Part shown: in pieces, positions 1 through 11,940 of the stretch
How positions within the stretch are numbered: position 1 is the first letter of the stretch
Layout: every line of letters starts with the position of its first letter
NCBI GenBank assembly: GCA_964016885.1
Contig: OZ024741.1
Span: forward strand, 11,036,001-11,100,000
DNA length: 64,000 nt
Source of the DNA: Eledone cirrhosa
Lineage: Eukaryota
Direction of reading: 5' to 3'
Position numbers and translations under genes: made by a program
Notes under the pieces: model-generated
The model's database searches: none
The model's input: only the letters and a program-made list of their open reading frames with translations
Told to the model about the DNA's origin: nothing

Positions 1-410
1 GTTTACTGTAGATATATTGTACTTTACACTGTTTACTGTAGATATATTGTACTTTACACTGTTTACTGTAGATATATTGTACTTTACACTGTTTACTGTA
101 GATATATTGTACTTTACACTGTTTACAGTAGATATATTATACTTCACACTGTTTACTGTAGATATATTTTTCTTTACACTGTTTACTGTAGATATATTGT
201 ACTTCACACTGTTTACTATAGATATATCGTTCTTTACACTGTTTACTGTAGATATATTATACTTTACACTGTTTACTGTAGATATATTGTACTTTACACT
301 GTTTACTGTAGATATATTGTACTTCACACTGTTTACTGTAGATATATTGTACTTTACACTGTTTACTGTAGATATATTTTACTTTACACTGTTTACTGTA
401 GATATGTTAT
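1..410. repeat. 30-bp minisatellite (GTTTACTGTAGATATATTGTACTTTACACT), ~13.5 copies, truncated by window start
   Basis: Exact 30-nt periodicity seen directly; explains ORF 17..481. Confidence 0.97.
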
Positions 411-580
411 GTTTATATTTTATATTAAGTATATCTTGTTGTACATCTCCTTATCAACACTTCTTCCATGCTCACTGTTAGGTCCTATCATTATTATAAT
501 AGTTAAATCATGTTGTGTTAATCTCAATTTGAAATGGTTATTCTCACTTTGAAGTAGGAAGATTTACCCTCCCTTCAATT

Positions 581-703
581 CACTTCCACTCCACCACCAC
601 CACCACCACCACCACCACCGACAACACCACCACCACTAACACCACCACCACCACCACCACAACCATCACCACTACCATCACCACCACCACCACCACCACG
701 AAT

Positions 704-749
<46 letters not shown>

Positions 750-750
750 G
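581..750. repeat. (CAC)n followed by (CAA)n microsatellite
   Basis: Seen directly. Confidence 0.95.
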
Positions 751-1482
751 CATGCTAAGTTCCATTCCAGCTCATTCTACACTTACTCCCTTTTCACTCC
801 ACCGTAACCCCACCTTAACCCCAACTCCACCACTATTACCACCAGACTCTACTCCAGTCCATTTCAATTCTACCTCAACTCTGCCTCCACTCTCCTACAT
901 CACCCCTACTTCACCTCCACCCTATCACACACAGCTCAATATGACACTCTACCACTTATATATCTGTCTCCACCCTATATAGTATGTAGCACTGGATGAG
1001 GGGGGGGGTGAAAGGTGATGGTATGGAGCAGGTGTGAGGATCATGTGACCTTAGACAGAACCCTCATGGGTTTTAATCATCAATGTTCCAGTTATTTGAT
1101 CAACGGGACAGCCAGCTCATGAAATTGATATTGAAGTGGCTGAATATACCACAGCCAGACACTTTGTATGACAAGGATGGCCCTTTGAAATATAGGCACA
1201 GTCTATATGGTGGGCCTCCTTCAAACAGTTTCTATCTATCCAATTTTAGTCACATGGAATGGGTCAACCCGAGTGTACGGGACATAACACTTGCCGAATA
1301 TGCTGAACACACAAGACGGACCCGCTTGGCGTCGCGGTCGGGATTTTCCATATCTCTACACCCCACGTACATTACCTGTTCCAATGATTAGTACACATAT
1401 ATAGGGAAAGGACGAAGGCTTCAAAAACATCATATTTGTCCGGTCATTTGCCGTTTGAAAACGTAAACTTATTATTTAATGA

Positions 1483-1590
1483 AGCTGTCTGATGAGATCA
1501 CGACACTGGTTCTGTAAAGTAACGTGACCACTGTCGCCATTGAAATATGTATCACACCCTTATAAATAAAGGACTTTAGCATTTACAGCT
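1483..1590 (+). ncRNA. Degenerate type I hammerhead-like motif with long stem II
   Basis: CTGATGA 1489-1495; long imperfect stem II (CGACA/TGTCG, TGGT/ACCA); GAAA 1542-1545 then TATG-TA; AGCTGT/ACAGCT distal pairing; proximal stem I imperfect. Confidence 0.45.
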
Positions 1591-1610
1591 ACTTCGCATT
1601 TTCTTATTCC

Positions 1611-1700
<90 letters not shown>

Positions 1701-1704
<4 letters not shown>

Positions 1705-2015
1705 AAAAAGAGATGAAATCGAAAATGCAACTGGAGTCTTATTTTTTTAAAATATATATATATTTATTTGGTTCCTTTACCGGTTTCGCAGTTCTTCTGT
1801 TTTTCAAAAGTATGTGAGAAAAACCACAGACCCTCCATCTCAACTCTTCTTTTGAAAAGCAGAAGAACTGCGAAACCGGTAAAGGAACCAAATAAATATA
1901 TATATATTTTTAAAAATAAGACTCCAGTTGCATTTTCGATTTCATCTTTTTTTCTTTATACTTTCACTCGTGTAGGACACCTCGGTTATTTTTCATTTTG
2001 TAAAAAAAACCTCAC

Positions 2016-2021
<6 letters not shown>
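1701..2021 (+). mobile_element. Penelope-like pLTR fragment with inverted (fold-back) 5' part, inserted in (TA)n
   Basis: 1711-1810 is the reverse complement of ~1849-1950; the same sequence forms the terminus of the GIY-YIG element at 57395-59357 and recurs at 55393-55602. Confidence 0.85.
1848..1885 (+). ncRNA. Minimal hammerhead ribozyme, U3-A8 core variant
   Basis: CTT-TTGAAAA-GCAG aagaa CTGC-GAAA-CCGG-TA-AAG: stem I, stem II and palindromic stem III all intact; cleavage triplet GUA. Confidence 0.8.
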
Positions 2022-2046
<25 letters not shown>

Positions 2047-2134
2047 GTGAAAAATTGAACGGGAACAAAACAGAGAGGCAGTACGAACAAAGGTTTATTA
2101 GTTTCACGCTCTTGAGAGTGGGGTGGTGATGGGG

Positions 2135-2168
2135 AACGACGTTTCGGGCATAAGCCCTTCTTCAGGCG
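2135..2168 (-). ncRNA. Minimal hammerhead ribozyme in a pLTR-like fragment (2047-2230)
   Basis: Minus strand reads CTGAAGA-A-GGGC ttat GCCC-GAAA-CG-TC; short stem I. Confidence 0.7.
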
Positions 2169-2230
2169 AAATGTGTGTGGGAAGTGAGTTCCAAGGGTGT
2201 GTAGGGGAGTGGGGGAAAGACATTTAGAAA

Positions 2231-2277
<47 letters not shown>

Positions 2278-2401
2278 ACTCACACACATACATTTGTATT
2301 ATCATATATACACACCCGTGTAAACACAAAGAGTCATATATACTGTATGATAGTATATATTTATATGTGTGTGTGCGCGTGCGTGTAAGTGTGCACGTGT
2401 C

Positions 2402-2439
<38 letters not shown>

Positions 2440-2442
<3 letters not shown>

Positions 2443-5400
2443 CCCTCTGCCGCTCATATCGAATTTCGTTTTTCGTGAACTCGTGCGCCGATTTTTCGAT
2501 ACTCGATCTTTCTAATATATTTAGCTCTGGACATAGCTATCCACCAGTTAATTTTATTGCTCATTTTTTGTCGATTCTATTGAGTGATGAATAGCTTTTG
2601 TTTTATTTTAACATGTCTATTGAGCACTCTAATTCGATATGTGTATTTCCACATTCACTCGAATTGTTTTCGCGGATATAGGGGTCATCTCCCTTGTCTA
2701 ATGCCATGTGCGTTTTTCACCGCTAGTTGACTCCTTTGCCGCCAGGAAAAAACTCGTTGACAACGTAAACTCCGTTCCACTTATTCTAGTAGGCTTTTAT
2801 ATTTATATGTGAGCTGATAGAGTACTGTCTAAGGATTTACAGAAACCCATGAAGCTAGATTTAACACCTTTCTAGTGGGTCCGGGTATGATTTTACATTC
2901 ATTTAAATTATTGACGTATTGTTTTATTGATATTTTTTATCTGTTTGGCCCGAATCTTCCTTTATCGATTTTAAATCGTATGGTTGATTGTAGACTTGTT
3001 CTATATGTGACGGTATTTTAACGATAGTTATAGCTCTGATTCATCTGAATTATTGAGCCCTCTGCCGCTCATATCGAATTTCGTTTTTCGTGAACTCGTG
3101 CGCCGATTTTTCGATACTCGATCTTTCTAATATATTTAGCTCTGGACATAGCTATCCACCAGTTAATTTTATTGCTCATTTTTTGTCGATTCTATTGAGT
3201 GATGAATAGCTTTTGTTTTATTTTAACATGTCTATTGAGCACTCTAATTCGATATGTGTATTTCCACATTCACTCGAATTGTTTTCGCGGATATAGGGGT
3301 CATCTCCCTTGTCTAATGCCATGTGCGTTTTTCACCGCTAGTTGACTCCTTTGCCGCCAGGAAAAAACTCGTTGACAACGTAAACTCCGTTCCACTTATT
3401 CTAGTAGGCTTTTATATTTATATGTGAGCTGATAGAGTACTGTCTAAGGATTTACAGAAACCCATGAAGCTAGATTTAACACCTTTCTAGTGGGTCCGGG
3501 TATGATTTTACATTCATTTAAATTATTGACGTATTGTTTTATTGATATTTTTTATCTGTTTGGCCCGAATCTTCCTTTATCGATTTTAAATCGTATGGTT
3601 GATTGTAGACTTGTTCTATATGTGACGGTATTTTAACGATAGTTATAGCTCTGATTCATCTGAATTATTGAGCCCTCTGCCGCTCATATCGAATTTCGTT
3701 TTTCGTGAACTCGTGCGCCGATTTTTCGATACTCGATCTTTCTAATATATTTAGCTCTGGACATAGCTATCCACCAGTTAATTTTATTGCTCATTTTTTG
3801 TCGATTCTATTGAGTGATGAATAGCTTTTGTTTTATTTTAACATGTCTATTGAGCACTCTAATTCGATATGTGTATTTCCACATTCACTCGAATTGTTTT
3901 CGCGGATATAGGGGTCATCTCCCTTGTCTAATGCCATGTGCGTTTTTCACCGCTAGTTGACTCCTTTGCCGCCAGGAAAAAACTCGTTGACAACGTAAAC
4001 TCCGTTCCACTTATTCTAGTAGGCTTTTATATTTATATGTGAGCTGATAGAGTACTGTCTAAGGATTTACAGAAACCCATGAAGCTAGATTTAACACCTT
4101 TCTAGTGGGTCCGGGTATGATTTTACATTCATTTAAATTATTGACGTATTGTTTTATTGATATTTTTTATCTGTTTGGCCCGAATCTTCCTTTATCGATT
4201 TTAAATCGTATGGTTGATTGTAGACTTGTTCTATATGTGACGGTATTTTAACGATAGTTATAGCTCTGATTCATCTGAATTATTGAGCCCTCTGCCGCTC
4301 ATATCGAATTTCGTTTTTCGTGAACTCGTGCGCCGATTTTTCGATACTCGATCTTTCTAATATATTTAGCTCTGGACATAGCTATCCACCAGTTAATTTT
4401 ATTGCTCATTTTTTGTCGATTCTATTGAGTGATGAATAGCTTTTGTTTTATTTTAACATGTCTATTGAGCACTCTAATTCGATATGTGTATTTCCACATT
4501 CACTCGAATTGTTTTCGCGGATATAGGGGTCATCTCCCTTGTCTAATGCCATGTGCGTTTTTCACCGCTAGTTGACTCCTTTGCCGCCAGGAAAAAACTC
4601 GTTGACAACGTAAACTCCGTTCCACTTATTCTAGTAGGCTTTTATATTTATATGTGAGCTGATAGAGTACTGTCTAAGGATTTACAGAAACCCATGAAGC
4701 TAGATTTAACACCTTTCTAGTGGGTCCGGGTATGATTTTACATTCATTTAAATTATTGACGTATTGTTTTATTGATATTTTTTATCTGTTTGGCCCGAAT
4801 CTTCCTTTATCGATTTTAAATCGTATGGTTGATTGTAGACTTGTTCTATATGTGACGGTATTTTAACGATAGTTATAGCTCTGATTCATCTGAATTATTG
4901 AGCCCTCTGCCGCTCATATCGAATTTCGTTTTTCGTGAACTCGTGCGCCGATTTTTCGATACTCGATCTTTCTAATATATTTAGCTCTGGACATAGCTAT
5001 CCACCAGTTAATTTTATTGCTCATTTTTTGTCGATTCTATTGAGTGATGAATAGCTTTTGTTTTATTTTAACATGTCTATTGAGCACTCTAATTCGATAT
5101 GTGTATTTCCACATTCACTCGAATTGTTTTCGCGGATATAGGGGTCATCTCCCTTGTCTAATGCCATGTGCGTTTTTCACCGCTAGTTGACTCCTTTGCC
5201 GCCAGGAAAAAACTCGTTGACAACGTAAACTCCGTTCCACTTATTCTAGTAGGCTTTTATATTTATATGTGAGCTGATAGAGTACTGTCTAAGGATTTAC
5301 AGAAACCCATGAAGCTAGATTTAACACCTTTCTAGTGGGTCCGGGTATGATTTTACATTCATTTAAATTATTGACGTATTGTTTTATTGATATTTTTTAT

Positions 5401-7440
5401 CTGTTTGGCCCGAATCTTCCTTTATCGATTTTAAATCGTATGGTTGATTGTAGACTTGTTCTATATGTGACGGTATTTTAACGATAGTTATAGCTCTGAT
5501 TCATCTGAATTATTGAGCCCTCTGCCGCTCATATCGAATTTCGTTTTTCGTGAACTCGTGCGCCGATTTTTCGATACTCGATCTTTCTAATATATTTAGC
5601 TCTGGACATAGCTATCCACCAGTTAATTTTATTGCTCATTTTTTGTCGATTCTATTGAGTGATGAATAGCTTTTGTTTTATTTTAACATGTCTATTGAGC
5701 ACTCTAATTCGATATGTGTATTTCCACATTCACTCGAATTGTTTTCGCGGATATAGGGGTCATCTCCCTTGTCTAATGCCATGTGCGTTTTTCACCGCTA
5801 GTTGACTCCTTTGCCGCCAGGAAAAAACTCGTTGACAACGTAAACTCCGTTCCACTTATTCTAGTAGGCTTTTATATTTATATGTGAGCTGATAGAGTAC
5901 TGTCTAAGGATTTACAGAAACCCATGAAGCTAGATTTAACACCTTTCTAGTGGGTCCGGGTATGATTTTACATTCATTTAAATTATTGACGTATTGTTTT
6001 ATTGATATTTTTTATCTGTTTGGCCCGAATCTTCCTTTATCGATTTTAAATCGTATGGTTGATTGTAGACTTGTTCTATATGTGACGGTATTTTAACGAT
6101 AGTTATAGCTCTGATTCATCTGAATTATTGAGCCCTCTGCCGCTCATATCGAATTTCGTTTTTCGTGAACTCGTGCGCCGATTTTTCGATACTCGATCTT
6201 TCTAATATATTTAGCTCTGGACATAGCTATCCACCAGTTAATTTTATTGCTCATTTTTTGTCGATTCTATTGAGTGATGAATAGCTTTTGTTTTATTTTA
6301 ACATGTCTATTGAGCACTCTAATTCGATATGTGTATTTCCACATTCACTCGAATTGTTTTCGCGGATATAGGGGTCATCTCCCTTGTCTAATGCCATGTG
6401 CGTTTTTCACCGCTAGTTGACTCCTTTGCCGCCAGGAAAAAACTCGTTGACAACGTAAACTCCGTTCCACTTATTCTAGTAGGCTTTTATATTTATATGT
6501 GAGCTGATAGAGTACTGTCTAAGGATTTACAGAAACCCATGAAGCTAGATTTAACACCTTTCTAGTGGGTCCGGGTATGATTTTACATTCATTTAAATTA
6601 TTGACGTATTGTTTTATTGATATTTTTTATCTGTTTGGCCCGAATCTTCCTTTATCGATTTTAAATCGTATGGTTGATTGTAGACTTGTTCTATATGTGA
6701 CGGTATTTTAACGATAGTTATAGCTCTGATTCATCTGAATTATTGAGCCCTCTGCCGCTCATATCGAATTTCGTTTTTCGTGAACTCGTGCGCCGATTTT
6801 TCGATACTCGATCTTTCTAATATATTTAGCTCTGGACATAGCTATCCACCAGTTAATTTTATTGCTCATTTTTTGTCGATTCTATTGAGTGATGAATAGC
6901 TTTTGTTTTATTTTAACATGTCTATTGAGCACTCTAATTCGATATGTGTATTTCCACATTCACTCGAATTGTTTTCGCGGATATAGGGGTCATCTCCCTT
7001 GTCTAATGCCATGTGCGTTTTTCACCGCTAGTTGACTCCTTTGCCGCCAGGAAAAAACTCGTTGACAACGTAAACTCCGTTCCACTTATTCTAGTAGGCT
7101 TTTATATTTATATGTGAGCTGATAGAGTACTGTCTAAGGATTTACAGAAACCCATGAAGCTAGATTTAACACCTTTCTAGTGGGTCCGGGTATGATTTTA
7201 CATTCATTTAAATTATTGACGTATTGTTTTATTGATATTTTTTATCTGTTTGGCCCGAATCTTCCTTTATCGATTTTAAATCGTATGGTTGATTGTAGAC
7301 TTGTTCTATATGTGACGGTATTTTAACGATAGTTATAGCTCTGATTCATCTGAATTATTGAGCCCTCTGCCGCTCATATCGAATTTCGTTTTTCGTGAAC
7401 TCGTGCGCCGATTTTTCGATACTCGATCTTTCTAATATAT
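2440..7440 (+). repeat. Tandem array of a 615-bp non-coding unit, 8 full copies plus ~80 bp, flanked by (TA)n
   Basis: GAGCCCTCTGCCGCTC recurs at 2440, 3055, 3670, 4285, 4900, 5515, 6130, 6745, 7360; no differences between copies seen by eye; no ORF in track. Confidence 0.98.
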
Positions 7441-7490
7441 ATATATATATAAATGTGTTTGTGCGCGCATGCGTGTAAGTGCGCGCGTGT

Positions 7491-7533
<43 letters not shown>

Positions 7534-7912
7534 GTGTGTGTCTGTGTGTGTGTGTGTATACAATTCCTTTCTATTATCTTATTCCGTCTAACAAAAAAGG
7601 CTAAAAAGCCTCATTTTCTTTTGTGTCCCCGAGAAAGACGTAACGTAATTTTTAACAAGGAAGATATAAATATGATAATTAGTCCCCTGCTCCCCACAAA
7701 GAAGGTGTTACACATTTGATAGGCCACGTAACAGGCGTTAATTTACCGACTTAATAATGGCGGTATTGCTTGTCTTTTGTTTGATGTATTCTTCAAACTT
7801 CTCCTTTTACTCAGCTCCCTTTTAAAGTGACTGCCACACACAAGCACGCTTACCTTCATTTCATATTATCTGCTCCCTAAAGAATTAATGTTTATGTTGT
7901 CATTTCAAACAG

Positions 7913-8061
7913 ATGTCCATGGGCATCATTCATACCATCCCCCTTCTTCTTCTTCTTCTTCTTCTTCTTCTTCTTCTTCTTCTTCTTCTTCTTCTTCTTC
8001 TTCTACCAAATCTCAGCCCCCTCTACACTCAGTGTTACAGCCAGCCGCGTCAACAAAGTAA
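7913..8061 (+). other. Possible host coding exon (VHGHHSYHPP-polySer-TKSQPPLHSVLQPAASTK)
   Basis: T-rich acceptor TTTCAAACAG ending at 7912; frame open through the (TCT)n tract; ends at AA|GTAATG or TAA; no recognisable homology. Confidence 0.25.
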
Positions 8062-8112
8062 TGAACTATGAACAGGAAGGTCTGTGGGTGAGGGTGTAGG
8101 ATGGTATCTTAA

Positions 8113-8193
8113 GAGAGAGAGGGTGAGAGAGGGGGGAGGAAGAGAGTGTGTGTGTGTGTGTGAGAGAGAGAGTGTGTGTGTGTGAGAGAGAGA

Positions 8194-8238
<45 letters not shown>

Positions 8239-8258
8239 TGTGTGTGTGAGAGAGAGAG

Positions 8259-8296
<38 letters not shown>

Positions 8297-8353
8297 TGTG
8301 AGAGAGAGTGTGTGTGTGTGAGAGAGAGAGTGTGTGTGTGTGTGAGAGAGATA

Positions 8354-8394
<41 letters not shown>

Positions 8395-8413
8395 TGTGTG
8401 TGTGAGAGAGAGA

Positions 8414-8450
<37 letters not shown>

Positions 8451-8474
8451 TGTGTGTGTGTGTGAGAGAGAGAG

Positions 8475-8508
<34 letters not shown>

Positions 8509-8610
8509 TGTGTGAGAGAGAGTGTGTGTGTGTGAGAGAGAGTGTGTGTGTGTGTGTGAGAGAGATAGTGTGTGTGTGAGAGAGTGTGTGTGTGTGTGAG
8601 AGAGAGAGAG
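8113..8610. repeat. Compound (GA)n/(GT)n microsatellite
   Basis: Seen directly. Confidence 0.95.
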
Positions 8611-8844
8611 AAACTGAAGAACCTCTACGTATCTCTGTACTTTTACGACAATGATAGGAGATTGTAGTTATCTAGTTGAGGTAGGGAGAGGCCGAGATGG
8701 AAGGAGAAAGAGAGAGGAGAACCAACTCGTCTGTGGGTCGGCAGAAGATCCAGCTGAATATCAGGCACATCAACTTCCCCCCTCCTGGGGTTCTACCAGA
8801 GACTCTCTACATGGTCATCCCACCTGGAAGTCAGTCAGTCTTTC

Positions 8845-9327
8845 GTCATAGCCAAGTTGATACTCCAGATATATGTCATAGCTAAGATGATACTCAAGAT
8901 ATGTCATAGCTAAGATGATACTCAAGATATATGTCATAGCCAAGTTGATACTCAAGATATATGTCATAGCCAAGTTGATACTCCAGATATATGTCATAGC
9001 TAAGATGATACTCAAGATATATGTCATAGCTAAGATGATACTCAAGATATATGTCATAGCCAAGTTGATACTCAAGATATATGTCATAGCCAAGTTGATA
9101 CTCCAGATATATGTCATAGCTAAGATGATACTCAAGATATATGTCATAGCCAAGTTGATACTCCAGATATATGTCATAGCTAAGATGATACTCAAGATAT
9201 ATGTCATAGCCAAGTTGATACTCCAGATATATGTCATAGCTAAGATGATACTCAAGATATATGTCATAGCCAAGTTGATACTCAATTCAAGATAGATGTC
9301 ATAGTCAAGTTGATACTCAAGATAGAC
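8845..9327. repeat. 30-bp minisatellite (GTCATAGCYAAGWTGATACTCMAGATATAT), ~16 copies
   Basis: 30-nt periodicity with a few recurring variants; explains ORFs 8815..9345 and 8915..9295. Confidence 0.96.
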
Positions 9328-9559
9328 ACGACTAACGTATTCCACGGAACAGCCATCATAACAACTCTGTATTATTTCTACTCTGTAATATTAAGGGCGG
9401 TGGATTGGCAGTATCGATTGTCTATATTTATTGTGTATCGTCAGATGCGGTAGATATCGGCAGACCTATATCCTCGCTACTCCATTCATCCTATCACTGT
9501 GTCGGTTACCAGCTCTCTAGTGTGCAGAACCAGGGCACAAACCACCTCATTGTCGCAGG

Positions 9560-9745
9560 AATGAATGGAGGAAACGTTGCCCGGAGGAGAGCGAGGGAGA
9601 GGCGTTGAAATAGCCATTCCAACTCGTAGGATTCACTCATGCGAGTGACAAACTCTGCCCCGATATCAGAGAGTAAGGATGTGGTTCAGGGACCAAAACA
9701 CCAGATGTTTTCACCGCTATAGGTTCAACAACAAACCTAGGGTAT
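9560..9745 (-). mobile_element. Degenerate CRE-clade-like non-LTR retrotransposon 3' fragment (restriction-like endonuclease C-terminus)
   Basis: Minus-strand translation with frameshifts: EPIAVKTSGV...LLSDIG...EWLFQRLSLALLR(G)NVSSI, resembling the F.P.A.ET.G / LFQR.S.A..RGN signature. Confidence 0.55.
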
Positions 9746-10026
9746 CTGTTGACACAGACATAAATTATAGAGAATTACTATCACTAAAGAGGAAGGAAGA
9801 TAAGTGCAGTACATTTGGAGCAGTGAATTGGCAGTCATCAGATAGAATACTTCCAGCTTTTCGTTCCGACATAGTGTACATAGACTTACATTATCTCATG
9901 TATTCTTCCTTTCTAAAGAGAGTAGTGTGTCATCAGAGAGAGATCTGACTGCTATTTCTACTAGATTGAGCAATTACGTAAGGGTTTCTTTTGTAGTGTG
10001 TATACGTATTATATATATATATATAT

Positions 10027-10609
10027 CAGTTAATTTTATTGTTCATTTTTTGTCGATTCTATTAAATGATGAATAGCTCCTGTTTATTTTAACATGTCTA
10101 TTGAGCACTCTTATTCGATATGTGTATTTCCACATTTTCCCGAATATTTTTTTGCGGATATAGAGGTTATCTCCCTTGCTGAATTCCATGTGCGTTTTTT
10201 CAACCTGGGTTATGCCTTATCATTCGTTCGGACAAAAGCTCGTTGAGGAAATAAATTCCCGTCCGCTGGCTTCTAGAAGTCTTATATATTTTTATGTGAG
10301 CTGATAGAGGGCAGTTTAAGGATTTACAGAAACCCAAGAAGCTAGATTTACCATCTTTCTAGCGGGTCCGGGTATGCTTTTTACATTCATTTGATTTATT
10401 GATTTATTGATATTTTATCTGAGTGTCCCGAATCTTCCAGATCGCAATTTTTCGGTCGTATGGTTGATTTTAGACATGTTCTATATGTGACGGTATTTTA
10501 ACGATAGTTATAGCTCTGATTTATCTGAATTATTGAGCCCTCTGCCGCTCATTTCGAACTTTGTTTATCGTGAACTCGTGCGCCGATTTTTCGATACTCG
10601 ATTATTCTA
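10027..10609 (+). mobile_element. Diverged, circularly permuted near-monomer of the 615-bp element, flanked by (TA)n
   Basis: Collinear with the array from CAGTTAATTTTATTG across the unit junction to CTCGAT..TTCTA; many substitutions. Confidence 0.93.
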
Positions 10610-10938
10610 CTATATATATATATATATATATATATACCTCTTTCTGCATGCATGGTTGCATATTGATATGTGTGTCGGTAGAGGGGGTGGAAGGGGGAGA
10701 AGAAGATAATGAAGGAGAGAAAGAAAGAGAGAATTTACTGAGATAGATAGACAGAGAGAGACATATAAGTAGACAGATGGACAGACAGAGAGATAAACTG
10801 AGTGACAGATATAAACATACATATATATATGTGTGTGTGTGTACGTGTGTGTGAGTGTATATATATATATATATATAGCGAGAGAGGGAGTGTGTGTGTG
10901 TTAGATACATATAGATAGATAAATAGATAGATAGATAT

Positions 10939-11915
10939 ATTTCTTTATTAGCCACAGGGGCACAAAAGAAGGGGACAAATACAAAGGGGGAAGTTTACAT
11001 ACAATAAAAACGTGTAAAATGTTATCACAGATGGAATTTAAAAGTTAGTCGATTTTCCCCAATAGAGGGAGACAGTTTATATGGGTAACACAGACCCCCG
11101 AAAAAAATGTGCAACCCTCATCTCCAGGAGTACGAAGAGCTTGTACTCCTTTCCTCTCCTCCTCCTTTTCCTCAACCTACAGGCTGATATAAAGAGAAGG
11201 CCCATTCACTCGGGCCATTCTCGCCACTTTCACCCACCTTTCATAAAACTTGCTGGGGTACAGCACCTCTCTCTCCATCCTGATTCTTCTTCCAAAGTGG
11301 TATTTGAAAAAAAGAATCAGTTGTTGGCCGGAGAGAAAGGTGTCTGACCTCAGCCCTTTCAACCTTGTCCACCATACAACCTCTTTCGCCATAGCTATCA
11401 CACAAAGGAAAACCGCCTCTCCTTCGTTTTTGAAGGAGGGTGGCGGTTTGATCATGACAATGGACTCGGTGGTCAACTGGATTGGTCCCACCCGCGACAA
11501 TAGTCGTTCTACATAGCCCCACAGGTCAGTGACGCCCGGGCAGTGTATGAATGCGTGCGCGACGGTTTCTTCGTCTCGCACGCACCTCGGACAGATCTTT
11601 TTTGCAGGGTCCCTGCCCGGGCGCCCATGTCTGTATAGCTTGTCTCGAACTGGTAGAGCTCCTCGGTAGCACTGCCAGGCCAGGGACTTTTGGAAGTTGT
11701 CCATCGGTCCCGGGCGGAAGGTCCTACCGAACAGACTGGCCAGTTCATCTTCCTCCACGCCTAGAGTTTCACCGAGCGCGTCGTCGCACTTGCTGCGGAC
11801 CAACCCTCTATAGAATGACGAAGTGGAGTCTCCACTGATCGCCGGGTCCGCCTGCCAGAGGGCTGTGAGCGCCTGAGCACATTCGATGTGCCAGTCGCCC
11901 ATTTTCCTCGGTCTC
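10939..11915 (-). mobile_element. Tx1-like (L1 group) LINE, 5'-truncated copy A: zf-RVT/CCHC C-terminus and 3' UTR
   Basis: ORF 11177..11902 with WQCYRGALPVRDKL and CPRC..EETVAHAFIHC; both ends abut (GATA)n. Confidence 0.88.
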
Positions 11916-11940
11916 TAGATAGATAGATAGATAGATAGAT

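Noticed and set aside
17-481. Repetitive hydrophobic ORF, and similar ORFs at 8815-9345
   Set aside because: Translations of 30-bp minisatellites
2585-3048. Box C (GTGATGA) and box D (CTGA) in the 615-bp unit as a C/D snoRNA
   Set aside because: Boxes are ~460 nt apart, short motifs are expected by chance, and no guide complementarity was recognised
7846-7880. Strong minus-strand splice donor GAAG|GTAAGC with a 23-nt micro-exon
   Set aside because: All three frames of the candidate exon contain stops
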